Assembly: GCA_041744215.1 (NCBI GenBank)
Contig: JBGTLG010000032.1
Span: 32,001 to 96,000 of the forward strand
DNA from: Fimbriimonadales bacterium
GTDB lineage: Bacteria; Armatimonadota; Fimbriimonadia; Fimbriimonadales; ATM1
Direction of reading: 5' to 3'
DNA length: 64,000 nucleotides
Both the position numbers and the translations under genes were made by a program. The notes beneath the pieces are model-generated. The model was not told where the DNA came from. It did not search any database and worked only from the letters and a program-made list of their open reading frames with translations. This document shows positions 46,118 to 55,860 of the stretch, in pieces; positions within the stretch are counted from its first letter, which is position 1, and each line of letters opens with the position of its first letter.

Positions 46118-46165
46118 AAAAAGGCGGCGTGCAGAAACGATGTTTCTGCACGCCGCTTCTCTGTT
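46118..46165. terminator. Bidirectional terminator hairpin
   Basis: GCGGCGTGCAGAAAC-GAT-GTTTCTGCACGCCGC flanked by AAAAA and TTCTCTGTT, between convergent genes. Confidence 0.8.
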
Positions 46166-46177
46166 GCTAGCCTCGGG

Positions 46178-47665
46178 TTATTGGAGTATTCGGTAATTCC
46201 GCATCATCATGCGGTCTTCGTGTTCAAGATTGTGGCAATGATAGAGGAACAGCCCCGCGTAATGGTCCCAGCGAATAGCGAACTTTAGCGTCTCCCCTGG
46301 CATGAGCAGGAATGTATCAATCAGTCCTTCGTCGACATAACCCTCTCTCACCGTATCGTAACCGCTTTGATACGCAGGATCTATCGTGCGTTCGATCACT
46401 TGAAAACTCGGCCCGTGAAGGTGAATCGGATGCGCCATTTTGAGACCGGCCCAAGTGTTCTTGAACTCCCAGATTTCCAGATCCCCCCGCCTAACAATCT
46501 CATTCGGACTGACATTCTCCATTTCAAATGGCAAGTTGTTGAACAGCCACATTCCAGCATTCGGAACGATATCGAACGTGCGGGGATTCTTGTAGTTCAC
46601 TGCTTTCTGCGGATTGAATCGCTCGAAAGGAGCCAGCTTTTTCGGAAGGTAAAGATTTTCTGGCTCTAGTCTCGTGACCGTAAAGGTTGTCAAGTCAAAC
46701 GGGTGACCCTGTGGAAGCGCACCGCCGAACAACCCAGCACCTGAAAACTCCAAACTCTTGAGGACAACTTGCTGACCGACTTTCATGCCTCGGAAGTCCG
46801 CCCAAACTTCGATGCGCTGGCCGGGCGCGAGCATAACGTAAGGTTTGATCACCGGAGCTTCCAACAGCCCGCCATCGGTCGCGATCACCGCCATCGGCGA
46901 TCCGTCAGACCAAGCCAACTTGTAGATCCTTGAATTGCTCCCATTCAAGAATCTGAGCCGATAACAGCGGGTGCCGACAGCATGATTCGGAAAGGGCTTT
47001 CCATTCACCAAGACCGTGTCACCTAAGAAGCCCTCGCGACCTCCCGTCTCGTAGATCAGTCCGTTGGATCCGCCAAATAGTCGATCCTGAACAACGAGCG
47101 ACAGATCATTCCGTCCGCGCGGCAGAGGCAGCGCAGACTCCTCGTCATCGCTCACAACGATGAGGCCGGCCAAGCCGCTATAAACCTGGGGTCCCGTCTG
47201 CAGATCAGGATGCGGGTGATACCAATACGTTCCCGCCCGATTGATGACCGTGAAATCGTATAGGAACGACTCGCTTGGGCCAATTGCAAATCGAGGATGC
47301 CCGTCAGATGCCTCAGGGATATCGAGCCCGTGCCAGTGGACAATCGAGGGCTGATTGAGTTCGTTGACGAACATTGCTCGGAGGCGCTGACCCTTGCGCA
47401 CTCGGAGGGTAGGCCCGAGATAGGAGTCCATCTGTCGACCGACGATGCCTCGAGCAGGGGTCGTCTCCTTTGCGAAAAAGCGGTTGACCGGAGTTACCTC
47501 CCCAGGAAGAATCTGAGCGGCGCCAGGAGTTGCAGTCAGGAGTATCTCCGCTGGCGGCTGGCGGAAGGCCTGAGAAGAGGCGAGCCGCGGCAACGCGACG
47601 AGCCCAGCCGCGGATGCGCCAGCGGCTTGAACGAAAGCGCGGCGCGATAAGTTTTTGTTGGTCAT
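46178..47665 (-). CDS. Tat-exported multicopper oxidase (CueO/bilirubin oxidase-like)
   Basis: SRRAF Tat motif; HWHG, YHPH, HPIHLHG, HCHNLEHEDRMM. Confidence 0.95.
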   Translation of the reverse strand: MTNKNLSRRAFVQAAGASAAGLVALPRLASSQAFRQPPAEILLTATPGAAQILPGEVTPVNRFFAKETTPARGIVGRQMDSYLGPTLRVRKGQRLRAMFVNELNQPSIVHWHGLDIPEASDGHPRFAIGPSESFLYDFTVINRAGTYWYHPHPDLQTGPQVYSGLAGLIVVSDDEESALPLPRGRNDLSLVVQDRLFGGSNGLIYETGGREGFLGDTVLVNGKPFPNHAVGTRCYRLRFLNGSNSRIYKLAWSDGSPMAVIATDGGLLEAPVIKPYVMLAPGQRIEVWADFRGMKVGQQVVLKSLEFSGAGLFGGALPQGHPFDLTTFTVTRLEPENLYLPKKLAPFERFNPQKAVNYKNPRTFDIVPNAGMWLFNNLPFEMENVSPNEIVRRGDLEIWEFKNTWAGLKMAHPIHLHGPSFQVIERTIDPAYQSGYDTVREGYVDEGLIDTFLLMPGETLKFAIRWDHYAGLFLYHCHNLEHEDRMMMRNYRILQ

Positions 47666-47850
47666 GGGATTTTTCGGCAGCCGATGCGGTCGCGCACTGG
47701 GCCACAACGCGTAACGCCTCTCTATAGATAGCCCCTAGCGGCCAGAAGGTTCACGCTCCTAACGAAATGCCTGCTTGCAGGAATGCGAGCTTTCACGTAG
47801 AAAATAAGCAGTGATCACCCGGATATCACGGGAACTCAGGAGGTAATCGA

Positions 47851-47976
47851 ATGAAAAAACTCGCTTGGCTGTTGATAGCCGTTTTCGCGATCGCAGTACT
47901 GGGCTGTACTCAGGGCGATGACGCCGCAGGCGGCAGAAAAGACCCTGCTAACGACCCGCTCACAAAGGACGAGTAG
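47851..47976 (+). CDS. 41-aa small lipoprotein
   Basis: SD AGGAGGT 6 nt upstream; MKKLAWLLIAVFAIAVLG-CTQGDDAAGGRKDPANDPLTKDE; downstream hairpin. Confidence 0.8.
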   Translation: MKKLAWLLIAVFAIAVLGCTQGDDAAGGRKDPANDPLTKDE

Positions 47977-47998
47977 TCTCGACCTGCAGCCGAAAAGC

Positions 47999-48032
47999 GT
48001 AGGGCGGTCGGCGGATTCGCCGACCGCCCTAC
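47999..48032. terminator. Perfect GC-rich hairpin (terminator or GTAG-type REP-like)
   Basis: GTAGGGCGGTCGGCG-GATT-CGCCGACCGCCCTAC between convergent genes. Confidence 0.65.
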
Positions 48033-48040
48033 ATCTTGGA

Positions 48041-50314
48041 TCAGTCTCGTACGGTCCAGAGGACGTGATCGATCCGGGATTGCCACCCGAACGAGAACAG
48101 CGTCCCTGGATCGTAGTAGGAGATCCGAGCATCGACTCTGCCGGTAACCGCCTGCACGAAGCGGTTCGGATTGCCGGAAGGTGTGACCTCGACAACCAAA
48201 TCGGTTGCAGACGTCGACCGACTATCGACAATCTCCCAGGTGTTGGTCAAGTGGTTGTACAGCTCAATCTGCTGCATCACGCTGCTCGCTGGCGAGGCGG
48301 TGACAGAAGCCTCGAGCCGAAACTTCAGCTCAGAGAGCGTGAACGTCGGCACCGCCGACTGGAAGCCGACTCGCACTGACGGCAGGCCCAGGCCAACTGG
48401 CGGAACTTCTCGCACTCTGAAGTAGAGGTCGTCGCTTGCCGCAAGTTCAGCAAGGCCGCCACCGAGATGGACGCCCGTGATTATCGAGAAATGGGTCGGA
48501 GTGGAGTTTGCCACCTGACCGCTCAGCGCTGCCATTCCGAACCCGGAGCCGAATAAGCCCCCAGTTCCGCCGACGAGGGTCGCCGCTCCAGTGGTCGGGT
48601 TGATGCGATACGCGCTCTGGTTGCCCGCGTTGATCGTATAGAGCATCCCATCGGCGGAGTTGAACGCGAGTCCGTTGCAATCTGCACCCCCAAGCCCGAG
48701 GCCGCCGACGAGGGTGTGCGCCCCGGTCGTAGTGTTGATGCGGATCAGCTTCGTTCCGCCCGCGTCATCCAGCCCGTAGAGAACGTTGTTGACGGCATCA
48801 TAGTCGATGCCCCCAACAGTGCCCCCCTGAGGGCCGCCGATGGTCGTCGCAACCAAAGTCACGGTATTGATCCGATACAGCTGACCGTCGCTCTGCCGAA
48901 TGCCGTACAGGGTCGCGCTACCGGGGTCGAAGGCAAGCCCATTGATCAGAGTGGTGCCAGAGACGATCCCGAGATCAGCGACGGCCGAAGTGGTCGCGTT
49001 GATCGTAAAGAGGCGTCTGGTCGTGTCTATCGCGTAGAAGTTTCCCGACGTCGAGTCATACGCCAGCCCCTGGATCCCGGCGCCGACCTGAGCGACTTTC
49101 CCAAATGCACCATTCGTGGCAGCGACCGTCCCGAAATTGTTTGCGAAGTCCCCTGCGGCGAACACGGGAGGCGCAATTGCTGCCATCCCCGATCTGCACA
49201 CGCGCAGCGGGTTAGCGAGCGCGTTTTGCCACCCTGCGTGGTGGATCGCGGTTCCAGCGTTGGAGCCTCCGGTACTTGTGCAGCCGCCATGAGTGTGCAC
49301 ACCAATCGCTAGCCCCGTGCTTTCGTCGATCACTGGGGAGCCTGAGTTGCCGCCAGTAGTGTCGGTTCGGTACCTGACAGTCGTCCCGGACATCGAGGTG
49401 TAAGGTCCTGCGTGCGTCTTCTGGACCTGATTCCACGTTGGTGAGACAGGTGAACTGACGGTTCCGTAGCCCGTGATTCGAATAAGCTGGCCACTCGGAG
49501 CAGGAGCGCTCGCGGCAAGAATATAAGTCGATCCTTGAACTTGGAACGGCTGGAGGAAGGTGTTTGAATTCGGGTTTACACCGAAGTAGGACCAGTCCAG
49601 GCCAACACCACCGCTCTGCCGCTGAACGGACGTCAGGTCAACCACATACTGGTCGGACGGCGGTGGGTGGTTGAGCGAGCCGTTGCTGTTTGACAGAGGA
49701 ACGTTAAACTGCACAACGCTACCGCTCTGCGTTGGCCCGCAGTGGCCCGCAGTCGCAAACTGGCGGTTGAGGTCGTTGATCATCCATGCGCTGCAGCCAA
49801 CAGGGAGAAGCCGAGCAGAACGCGGGTCGTTCGAAAGTGTGCGGAGGTCTGTGCCGTCACAGATGCTGTCGACGCCCTCACCAAGCTCGCCTGCCGTAAC
49901 CGTAGTCATTCGGATTCGGTTGGGCCCAGTGTCTGGGTAGGCGATTAGCTCAACACGCACCGAGTCTCCGTTGAAGTATGCGGAGGTGTTCGCCCATTCG
50001 AACACGTGCCTTGAGTTCAGGCGTTGGACGGCCGCATCGCGCATAGACGTGAGTCGAAGATACGAAGCGTTATCCGCCGATGGATCGCCAGCCAGTGTGA
50101 CGTTCGCGAACTGAAGCCGGAGCCACGGTGCACGAGGCACCCGGACGGTCGTCGTGAACACGACCGCGGGACCACTGCCCTTGTTGGTAACAAAGCCGGA
50201 GTCGACGTTGATGGATACATCGCGGCTCGGCAGTTCGGCGGTTTGGCCGAATGCGCCGCTCACAGCCCCAAGCGCGAAAATCGCCAGGACTGATCGCAAA
50301 GATCGAAATCGCAT
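48041..50314 (-). CDS. Secreted trypsin-like (S1) serine protease with beta-propeller and shared C-terminal domain
   Basis: TAGHC, LDWS, GGNSGSP; GLA(Y/F)D...LY.I.......LYRIN..T repeats; SD AGGAGG. Confidence 0.9.
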   Translation of the reverse strand: MRFRSLRSVLAIFALGAVSGAFGQTAELPSRDVSINVDSGFVTNKGSGPAVVFTTTVRVPRAPWLRLQFANVTLAGDPSADNASYLRLTSMRDAAVQRLNSRHVFEWANTSAYFNGDSVRVELIAYPDTGPNRIRMTTVTAGELGEGVDSICDGTDLRTLSNDPRSARLLPVGCSAWMINDLNRQFATAGHCGPTQSGSVVQFNVPLSNSNGSLNHPPPSDQYVVDLTSVQRQSGGVGLDWSYFGVNPNSNTFLQPFQVQGSTYILAASAPAPSGQLIRITGYGTVSSPVSPTWNQVQKTHAGPYTSMSGTTVRYRTDTTGGNSGSPVIDESTGLAIGVHTHGGCTSTGGSNAGTAIHHAGWQNALANPLRVCRSGMAAIAPPVFAAGDFANNFGTVAATNGAFGKVAQVGAGIQGLAYDSTSGNFYAIDTTRRLFTINATTSAVADLGIVSGTTLINGLAFDPGSATLYGIRQSDGQLYRINTVTLVATTIGGPQGGTVGGIDYDAVNNVLYGLDDAGGTKLIRINTTTGAHTLVGGLGLGGADCNGLAFNSADGMLYTINAGNQSAYRINPTTGAATLVGGTGGLFGSGFGMAALSGQVANSTPTHFSIITGVHLGGGLAELAASDDLYFRVREVPPVGLGLPSVRVGFQSAVPTFTLSELKFRLEASVTASPASSVMQQIELYNHLTNTWEIVDSRSTSATDLVVEVTPSGNPNRFVQAVTGRVDARISYYDPGTLFSFGWQSRIDHVLWTVRD

Positions 50315-50445
50315 AGTTGCCCTCCTTAGAGATCTGAATCTGATGCCCGGTTATCGTGACCGCTTTCTGAAGGCAGAAAGTTCAGCATTCTGTGAACTTG
50401 ACAGGTGCCGACTTCCGACTCATGTGCCACGATTCAACATTCAAT

Positions 50446-51465
50446 ATGACCGATTCGCGCCCCAATCGAGTAACGCTGGGCCTTGAAGAGGAGGTTTTTG
50501 TCATCGAACAAGATCGATTGACGCCAACGCTCCAGTCTCTCGACTACCTGCGAAAACTCTATTGGAAGAACCCGAAACGATACTCGAGGCACACCGCCAG
50601 CAATTTTGCCAGGGGCAAGGATCGACGCGAGTGCTTCATGGGATCGATCGAGATCGCCACTGCAATCCATGAATCAGCGGAGTCTCTGATCGAAGACCTG
50701 GTCTCACGCCGCACAGAGTTCGCTGATGCAACGCAGGGCGGGATTGTAGTTCCTGTCGGTTCGCTGTTCACGCTGAACTCACCCTCTAACACTGCATCTT
50801 CGCACCTCCACATCGGTGTCAAGAAAGCGCACCGCGACCGCGTTTACGCGAACCTCGCATATTTCACTCCTGTTCTTGCAGTCGCGAGTGCGAGCAGCCC
50901 GTGGTTAGAGGGGCAAACATTCGGTTCGAGCGCAAGAATGGCGCAGAAGAGTTTGCTCGGTCCGTTGCGCGAAGATCGCGAGTACCGGTTTCAAGATGTG
51001 ATCGTAAGCAAACGCCTTGGAACAATCGAGCTGCGGATACTCGATCCGATTGCGGAGATTTGGAGATTGCGCGAAGTCCTCGCAGCAGCGATCGCCATCG
51101 CTTCATACGATGGCGAGCTCCCCTTTGATCGAGACGAATACAATCGGGAGCGAGAAGCGTGGGCGGTGCACGGTTGCAACGCGTTCGTGCAATCTCGATG
51201 GCAACAGATGCAGGCAATCTATCCCATGAGGCTAGAGTTGATTACCGAAACTTTCAGCATGCACTTGGATCGGGTAGCGCGATCTGGTGGCGTTGATGCA
51301 GCGTATCGCGAAGCGGATCGAGTCTGGCGCGAGCCTACTGGCGTCACGCTGACGGCCAAGCGCCACAACAGGTTGCGAGCGGTCACGGGTCTCGCAGGTT
51401 TCTATGCAATCCGGCTTCCCTACATGGCTTACAAGGGATACAAAGAATGGTATGGGAAGCCGTAG
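50446..51465 (+). CDS. Glutamate-cysteine ligase family 2 (carboxylate-amine ligase)-like protein
   Basis: TLGLEEEVF, IEIAT, HLHIGV, ASSPW, GTIELRILD. Confidence 0.8.
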   Translation: MTDSRPNRVTLGLEEEVFVIEQDRLTPTLQSLDYLRKLYWKNPKRYSRHTASNFARGKDRRECFMGSIEIATAIHESAESLIEDLVSRRTEFADATQGGIVVPVGSLFTLNSPSNTASSHLHIGVKKAHRDRVYANLAYFTPVLAVASASSPWLEGQTFGSSARMAQKSLLGPLREDREYRFQDVIVSKRLGTIELRILDPIAEIWRLREVLAAAIAIASYDGELPFDRDEYNREREAWAVHGCNAFVQSRWQQMQAIYPMRLELITETFSMHLDRVARSGGVDAAYREADRVWREPTGVTLTAKRHNRLRAVTGLAGFYAIRLPYMAYKGYKEWYGKP

Positions 51466-51520
51466 CGGGCTTAAAGGTCAGATAAAGGAGTTCGATGCTC
51501 AGGCATCGAACGTGAGTGCG

Positions 51521-53110
51521 ATGTTCTTAGCCAGCCGCTTATCGTGCCTCTTGTTCCTCATTGGATTGTTCGCCATCGCCGGAGCACAGTCCCTGCGCCC
51601 TGCGCCAGATAGACGCGCAGATGAAGGTCACGGCCCACACCGAACGATGGTGATTCGTGGCGCGATGCTGATCGACGGTACTGGCGCGCCACCGAACGGC
51701 CCGGTAGACATTGTCATTGAGGGAAACAAGATCGCCTCTATACGCAGCGCAGGAACGCCCGGACTGCCATTGCGCCAAAATCGACCGCCACAAAATGCCG
51801 ACTACGAAATCGACGCGACAGGAATGTACGTACTTCCAGGCTTCGTCGATATGCACGTTCACGCCGGCGGCGCACCAAAGAACGCGGACGCGGAGTACGC
51901 ATACAAACTCTGGATGGCTCACGGCATCACCACGGTTCGAGGTGTCGCGCTTGCGGGTCATGATTTCTCTGTTCGCGAGAAGGAACGCAGCGCGAAAAAC
52001 GAGATTGTCGCTCCGCGAATCTACAATTATCAGAGACCTGGCAGCGGGTGGACCGAAGGCGGAGTCGACTCGCCTGAAAAGGCGCGCAGATGGGTGCAAT
52101 GGGCAGCGACGAACGGCGTTGACGGATTGAAACTGGGCTCACACGATCCGGACATCATGGCTGCGCTATTGGACGAAGCGAAGAAACAGAAGATGGGATC
52201 GACCGCGCACTTAGGGCAGATGGGTGTCGCACACATGAACGCAATCGATGCTGCGCGATTGGGCTTAGGGACCGTGACGCACTTTTACGGCCACTTCGAA
52301 TCACTATTGAAAGACTTTGTCGTGCAACCCTGGCCAGTTGAAATGAACTATAGCGACGAGCAGTGGCGCTTCGCGCAAGTTGCGAGACTGTGGGACAAGA
52401 TTCACGAGCCAGGGAGCGATGAGTGGAAAGCGTACTTGCGTGAGCATCTCGAACTCGGAACCGTTTTTGACCCAACAATGACGATCTATTCCGCAGGGCG
52501 CGACGTCATGCGAATGCGAAATGCTGACTGGCATGACACATACACGCTTCCCTCCCTGATGGAGTTCTTTGAGCCGAGCAGGAGTGCGCACGGCTCATAC
52601 TGGTTCGATTGGACAACGCACGATGAAATCGCATGGCGCAACTTCTATCAAGTTTGGTTCAAGCTGCTAAACGATTACAAGAAGATGGGTGGTCGAGTCA
52701 CAACAGGATCGGATTCCGGATTCATCTACCAAACTTACGGCTTCGGATACGTCTTGGAACTGGAGATGCTGCAAGAGGCCGGCTTTCATCCTCTGGAAGT
52801 GATCCAGTGCGCGACGATGAACGGCGCATTGACGTTGCATGAACCTTCGGGGGCGCCGCTCTCGTTCGGTATCGTTCGCACCGGGATGCTCGCAGACTTA
52901 GTAATCGTGGATGAAAATCCGCTCGCGAATTTTAAGGTGCTGTATGGCACAGGCCACGTGCGACTCGACGAAGCTGGGCGACCGCAGCGAGTTGGTGGCG
53001 TGAAGTGGACGGTCAAGGACGGCATCGCTTACGACGCGAGAAAGCTGCTGGCGGACGTTGCAGCGATGGTCGAGAAACAGAAAGCGGAAAAAACGTCCAC
53101 CGGAAGCTGA
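51521..53110 (+). CDS. Secreted amidohydrolase family protein
   Basis: LIDGTG, PGFVDMHVH, GSDSG, ADLVIVDENPL; signal peptide. Confidence 0.9.
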   Translation: MFLASRLSCLLFLIGLFAIAGAQSLRPAPDRRADEGHGPHRTMVIRGAMLIDGTGAPPNGPVDIVIEGNKIASIRSAGTPGLPLRQNRPPQNADYEIDATGMYVLPGFVDMHVHAGGAPKNADAEYAYKLWMAHGITTVRGVALAGHDFSVREKERSAKNEIVAPRIYNYQRPGSGWTEGGVDSPEKARRWVQWAATNGVDGLKLGSHDPDIMAALLDEAKKQKMGSTAHLGQMGVAHMNAIDAARLGLGTVTHFYGHFESLLKDFVVQPWPVEMNYSDEQWRFAQVARLWDKIHEPGSDEWKAYLREHLELGTVFDPTMTIYSAGRDVMRMRNADWHDTYTLPSLMEFFEPSRSAHGSYWFDWTTHDEIAWRNFYQVWFKLLNDYKKMGGRVTTGSDSGFIYQTYGFGYVLELEMLQEAGFHPLEVIQCATMNGALTLHEPSGAPLSFGIVRTGMLADLVIVDENPLANFKVLYGTGHVRLDEAGRPQRVGGVKWTVKDGIAYDARKLLADVAAMVEKQKAEKTSTGS

Positions 53111-53168
53111 AGATGATGAGGGCGCCTTCGCTATCCACGAAACTTTTCTAAGCAGAGATTGAGCGCGA

Positions 53169-53600
53169 TTACTCGTTCTCTGTGACTCTCTTTTTCCGCC
53201 ACTCGCGAAACTCTTTTTGGAAAGCTTCGCTTCTCGTGTTCAGCACCCCGAGCGTATGAAAGAAAACTCCGACACCCCACCCAATTGTCGGCCAATAGAA
53301 CCAACTCAGCCGCCCGTCCCGGCTATCGAGAAACAAGAAAATAGCGCTCACAACGAGATAGGTGATCAGGTTAGCAAGCCAGCCAGCGCGCTGTTGGCCG
53401 ACAAACTCAAGGAAATGGACTCGGTCCTCCCTCTCCTTTATCCACTGCTCTTCCGCTTGAGCAAGCGCCTCGTCAGAGATGCCGAGTTCCCTCGCGGCAT
53501 CTACCATCGCCTGGCGATCAAGCGACTTGTGCGTCGCATCTATGGCGAGTGCGCGCCGTAGGATTTCCTCCTGGTCTCCCTCTTCAAACCGTTGCTGCAC
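53169..53600 (-). CDS. 2TM domain protein
   Basis: GTG start at 53600; EEILRRAL...ARELGI; WFYWPTIGWGVGVFFH. Confidence 0.85.
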   Translation of the reverse strand: MQQRFEEGDQEEILRRALAIDATHKSLDRQAMVDAARELGISDEALAQAEEQWIKEREDRVHFLEFVGQQRAGWLANLITYLVVSAIFLFLDSRDGRLSWFYWPTIGWGVGVFFHTLGVLNTRSEAFQKEFREWRKKRVTENE

Positions 53601-53670
53601 GACCCAGAATATACGCGATCGCCGCTTTGCGCGTTTCGGCAATCCTGCCCACGGGCTAAAATGACTGTGC

Positions 53671-54414
53671 ATGCTTATCGCCGCTTGCGCCCTTGCTGCC
53701 GTCATTTTGCTCGCTGTCGGCTTCGTGTGGTACACGCGGAAAGTGTGGTTCTTTCGCGATCCTGACCACACGCAAACCCTACAGGACGACACAGTCATAC
53801 GAAGCCCGGTCTACGGGATCGTCTCCTACATTCGCAAAATCAAGGGCGGCGAAGTCGAATGCGCGAAGAAAGGCGAAACTATTCGGATTGAAGAGATTAC
53901 CAAAGACGATTGGCCGGAGGGAGAGGCGGACGGATGGCTGATAGGCATAGCCATGACAGCGCTCGACGTCCACTACCAATACTCCCCGGTGGCCTCGAAG
54001 ATCGGAAGGTTTTTCCATCTCGCCACCGGCCGCAATCTCCCTATGTTCGATCTGTGGGAGTACGTGCGGATCACGTGGCTTCGCAAAGGGATTCAGCTCT
54101 TCGCCCGAAAGTACGTCCTCGAGAACGAACGCCAGACGATGTGGCTGCACGGCAAAAGGGTGAAACTCGCTTTAGTGCTCATTGCAGATAAATTCGTTGA
54201 CAAAATCACCACCTTCGTCAAGGAGGGCGAGCAGGTACCCGCTGGCGGAAAGCTAAGCTTCATCGGGCGCGGGAGCCAAGTCGATGTGGTCATCTGCGGG
54301 AACTCCGATCTGGCTGTAAAAGTTGCTGAGGGCGAGCCGGTCAAGGGACCTCTGACCGTTTTGGCTGTTTTAGCACCTGCCGCCGTCCCAACCGCGCCCA
54401 TAGAAGGCGTATAG
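53671..54414 (+). CDS. Phosphatidylserine decarboxylase-like proenzyme
   Basis: N-terminal TM, FFRDP, SPVYG, LDVH, ENER, GSQVD self-cleavage site. Confidence 0.82.
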   Translation: MLIAACALAAVILLAVGFVWYTRKVWFFRDPDHTQTLQDDTVIRSPVYGIVSYIRKIKGGEVECAKKGETIRIEEITKDDWPEGEADGWLIGIAMTALDVHYQYSPVASKIGRFFHLATGRNLPMFDLWEYVRITWLRKGIQLFARKYVLENERQTMWLHGKRVKLALVLIADKFVDKITTFVKEGEQVPAGGKLSFIGRGSQVDVVICGNSDLAVKVAEGEPVKGPLTVLAVLAPAAVPTAPIEGV

Positions 54415-54439
54415 TTAACCGTTCTGGACTGGGCATCTG

Positions 54440-55216
54440 ATGAGACTCTTTCAAATCACCGCCTCGCTCGTTTTGCTCGCCGCTGTGGGTGGGGCCGGAT
54501 CAGGCTGTAACAACACCAACCTCCTGAGCAAGAATGAGGAGATCCGGCTTGGCAGGGAGGGCGCCGCAGAGGTGGAGAAAGCCTATCAGGTCAGCACCAA
54601 CCCGACCGATGTCGAACTTATCGAGGGGATCGGACAGCGGCTGGTGACCGCCAACAACCTGACGGAGTGGCCTTACACGTTCAAGGTGCTCGAGAGCCGG
54701 GACGTTAACGCTGTATCTCTCCCAGGGGGGCCGATCTACGTCTTTCGGGGCCTGCTAGACATGACGGAGGGCGATGTTGATGAATTGGCGGGTGTGATCG
54801 CTCACGAGATTGCCCACGTGGAGCGGAGACACGTAGCCAAGGCATACTCCAAGAGCATCCTGGCTGACCTCTTGATCATCTTTGGAACCAGCGGGTCGGC
54901 CACCAGCGCGGCCGACATCGCAAATGTCTTCATTCAGTTGAGATTTAGCCGGGACGCTGAGTACGAATCCGACCGCCTCGGGATCCGGTATTCGTATAAG
55001 GCAGGCTACGATCCCAACGGGCTGGTCAGGTTCTTCAAAAAACTTCGCCGGCTGGAAAAGCAGGGACGAGGAGACATTGTCTCGAACAATCTAAGGACTC
55101 ACCCTCTGACCGATGCCCGAATCGAAGCCGCCGAGCGAGAGATAGCAGCCACCGTGAAGCAAATCACCCGAATTGAAGAAGCCGCGCATTTGGCGGCCCT
55201 GAAGCGCCAAAAGTGA
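54440..55216 (+). CDS. M48 family zinc metalloprotease (probable lipoprotein)
   Basis: NAVSLPGG, HEIAH, FSRDAEYESD, AGYDP, THP. Confidence 0.92.
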   Translation: MRLFQITASLVLLAAVGGAGSGCNNTNLLSKNEEIRLGREGAAEVEKAYQVSTNPTDVELIEGIGQRLVTANNLTEWPYTFKVLESRDVNAVSLPGGPIYVFRGLLDMTEGDVDELAGVIAHEIAHVERRHVAKAYSKSILADLLIIFGTSGSATSAADIANVFIQLRFSRDAEYESDRLGIRYSYKAGYDPNGLVRFFKKLRRLEKQGRGDIVSNNLRTHPLTDARIEAAEREIAATVKQITRIEEAAHLAALKRQK

Positions 55217-55860
55217 AGATTGCCGCCGTCATACCCGCGTACAACGAAGAGCACCGGATTGCCTCCGTACTTGAGGCGGTCCTCAGAGCTGCGCTTCCAA
55301 ATGAGATCATCGTCGTCAACGACGGTTCCACGGATCGAACAGCGATGGTGGCTAGGCGGCACAAAGCGGTTCATGTCTTGGACCTCCCTCGGAACATGGG
55401 TAAAGGCGCAGCGATGGCCGCAGGAGTTCGCGCGACTGATGCCGACGTAATCGTTTTCATCGATGCGGACCTCGCAGGGCTGCGGCCGCATCACGTCGAT
55501 GACATCGTACGCCCGGTGATCAACGGGTGCGATATGTGCGTCGGCGTGTTTCGTCGAGGAAAGTTTTGGTCAGACGCGGCGCAAGTGATTGCTCCATACA
55601 TCAGCGGACAGCGAGCGATGCACCGCGATTTGATAGAGCAGATATCATGGCTCGACGAATGTCGGCTCGGCGCAGAAGTAACGATTAACACCGTTGCGCG
55701 AAAGCGTAAAATGCGCATACGAAGAGTAATCTTGAACGGAGTCACACACGCCACTAAGGAACGAAAGTTTGGCTTCGCCAAAGGTACTGCGCAAAGAGCA
55801 AAGATGTACGCGGAGATTGGCAAGGCAATGGTGAAGACGCGCCGCAGGCTGTCAAAGTGA
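55213..55860 (+). CDS. GT2 family glycosyltransferase
   Basis: IPAYNEE, VNDGSTD, GKGAA, FIDAD, SGQRA. Confidence 0.92.
   Translation: MKIAAVIPAYNEEHRIASVLEAVLRAALPNEIIVVNDGSTDRTAMVARRHKAVHVLDLPRNMGKGAAMAAGVRATDADVIVFIDADLAGLRPHHVDDIVRPVINGCDMCVGVFRRGKFWSDAAQVIAPYISGQRAMHRDLIEQISWLDECRLGAEVTINTVARKRKMRIRRVILNGVTHATKERKFGFAKGTAQRAKMYAEIGKAMVKTRRRLSK

Noticed and set aside
47999-48032. GTAG-type REP element family
   Set aside because: Only one clear copy and no RAYT transposase in the window; the position fits a terminator.
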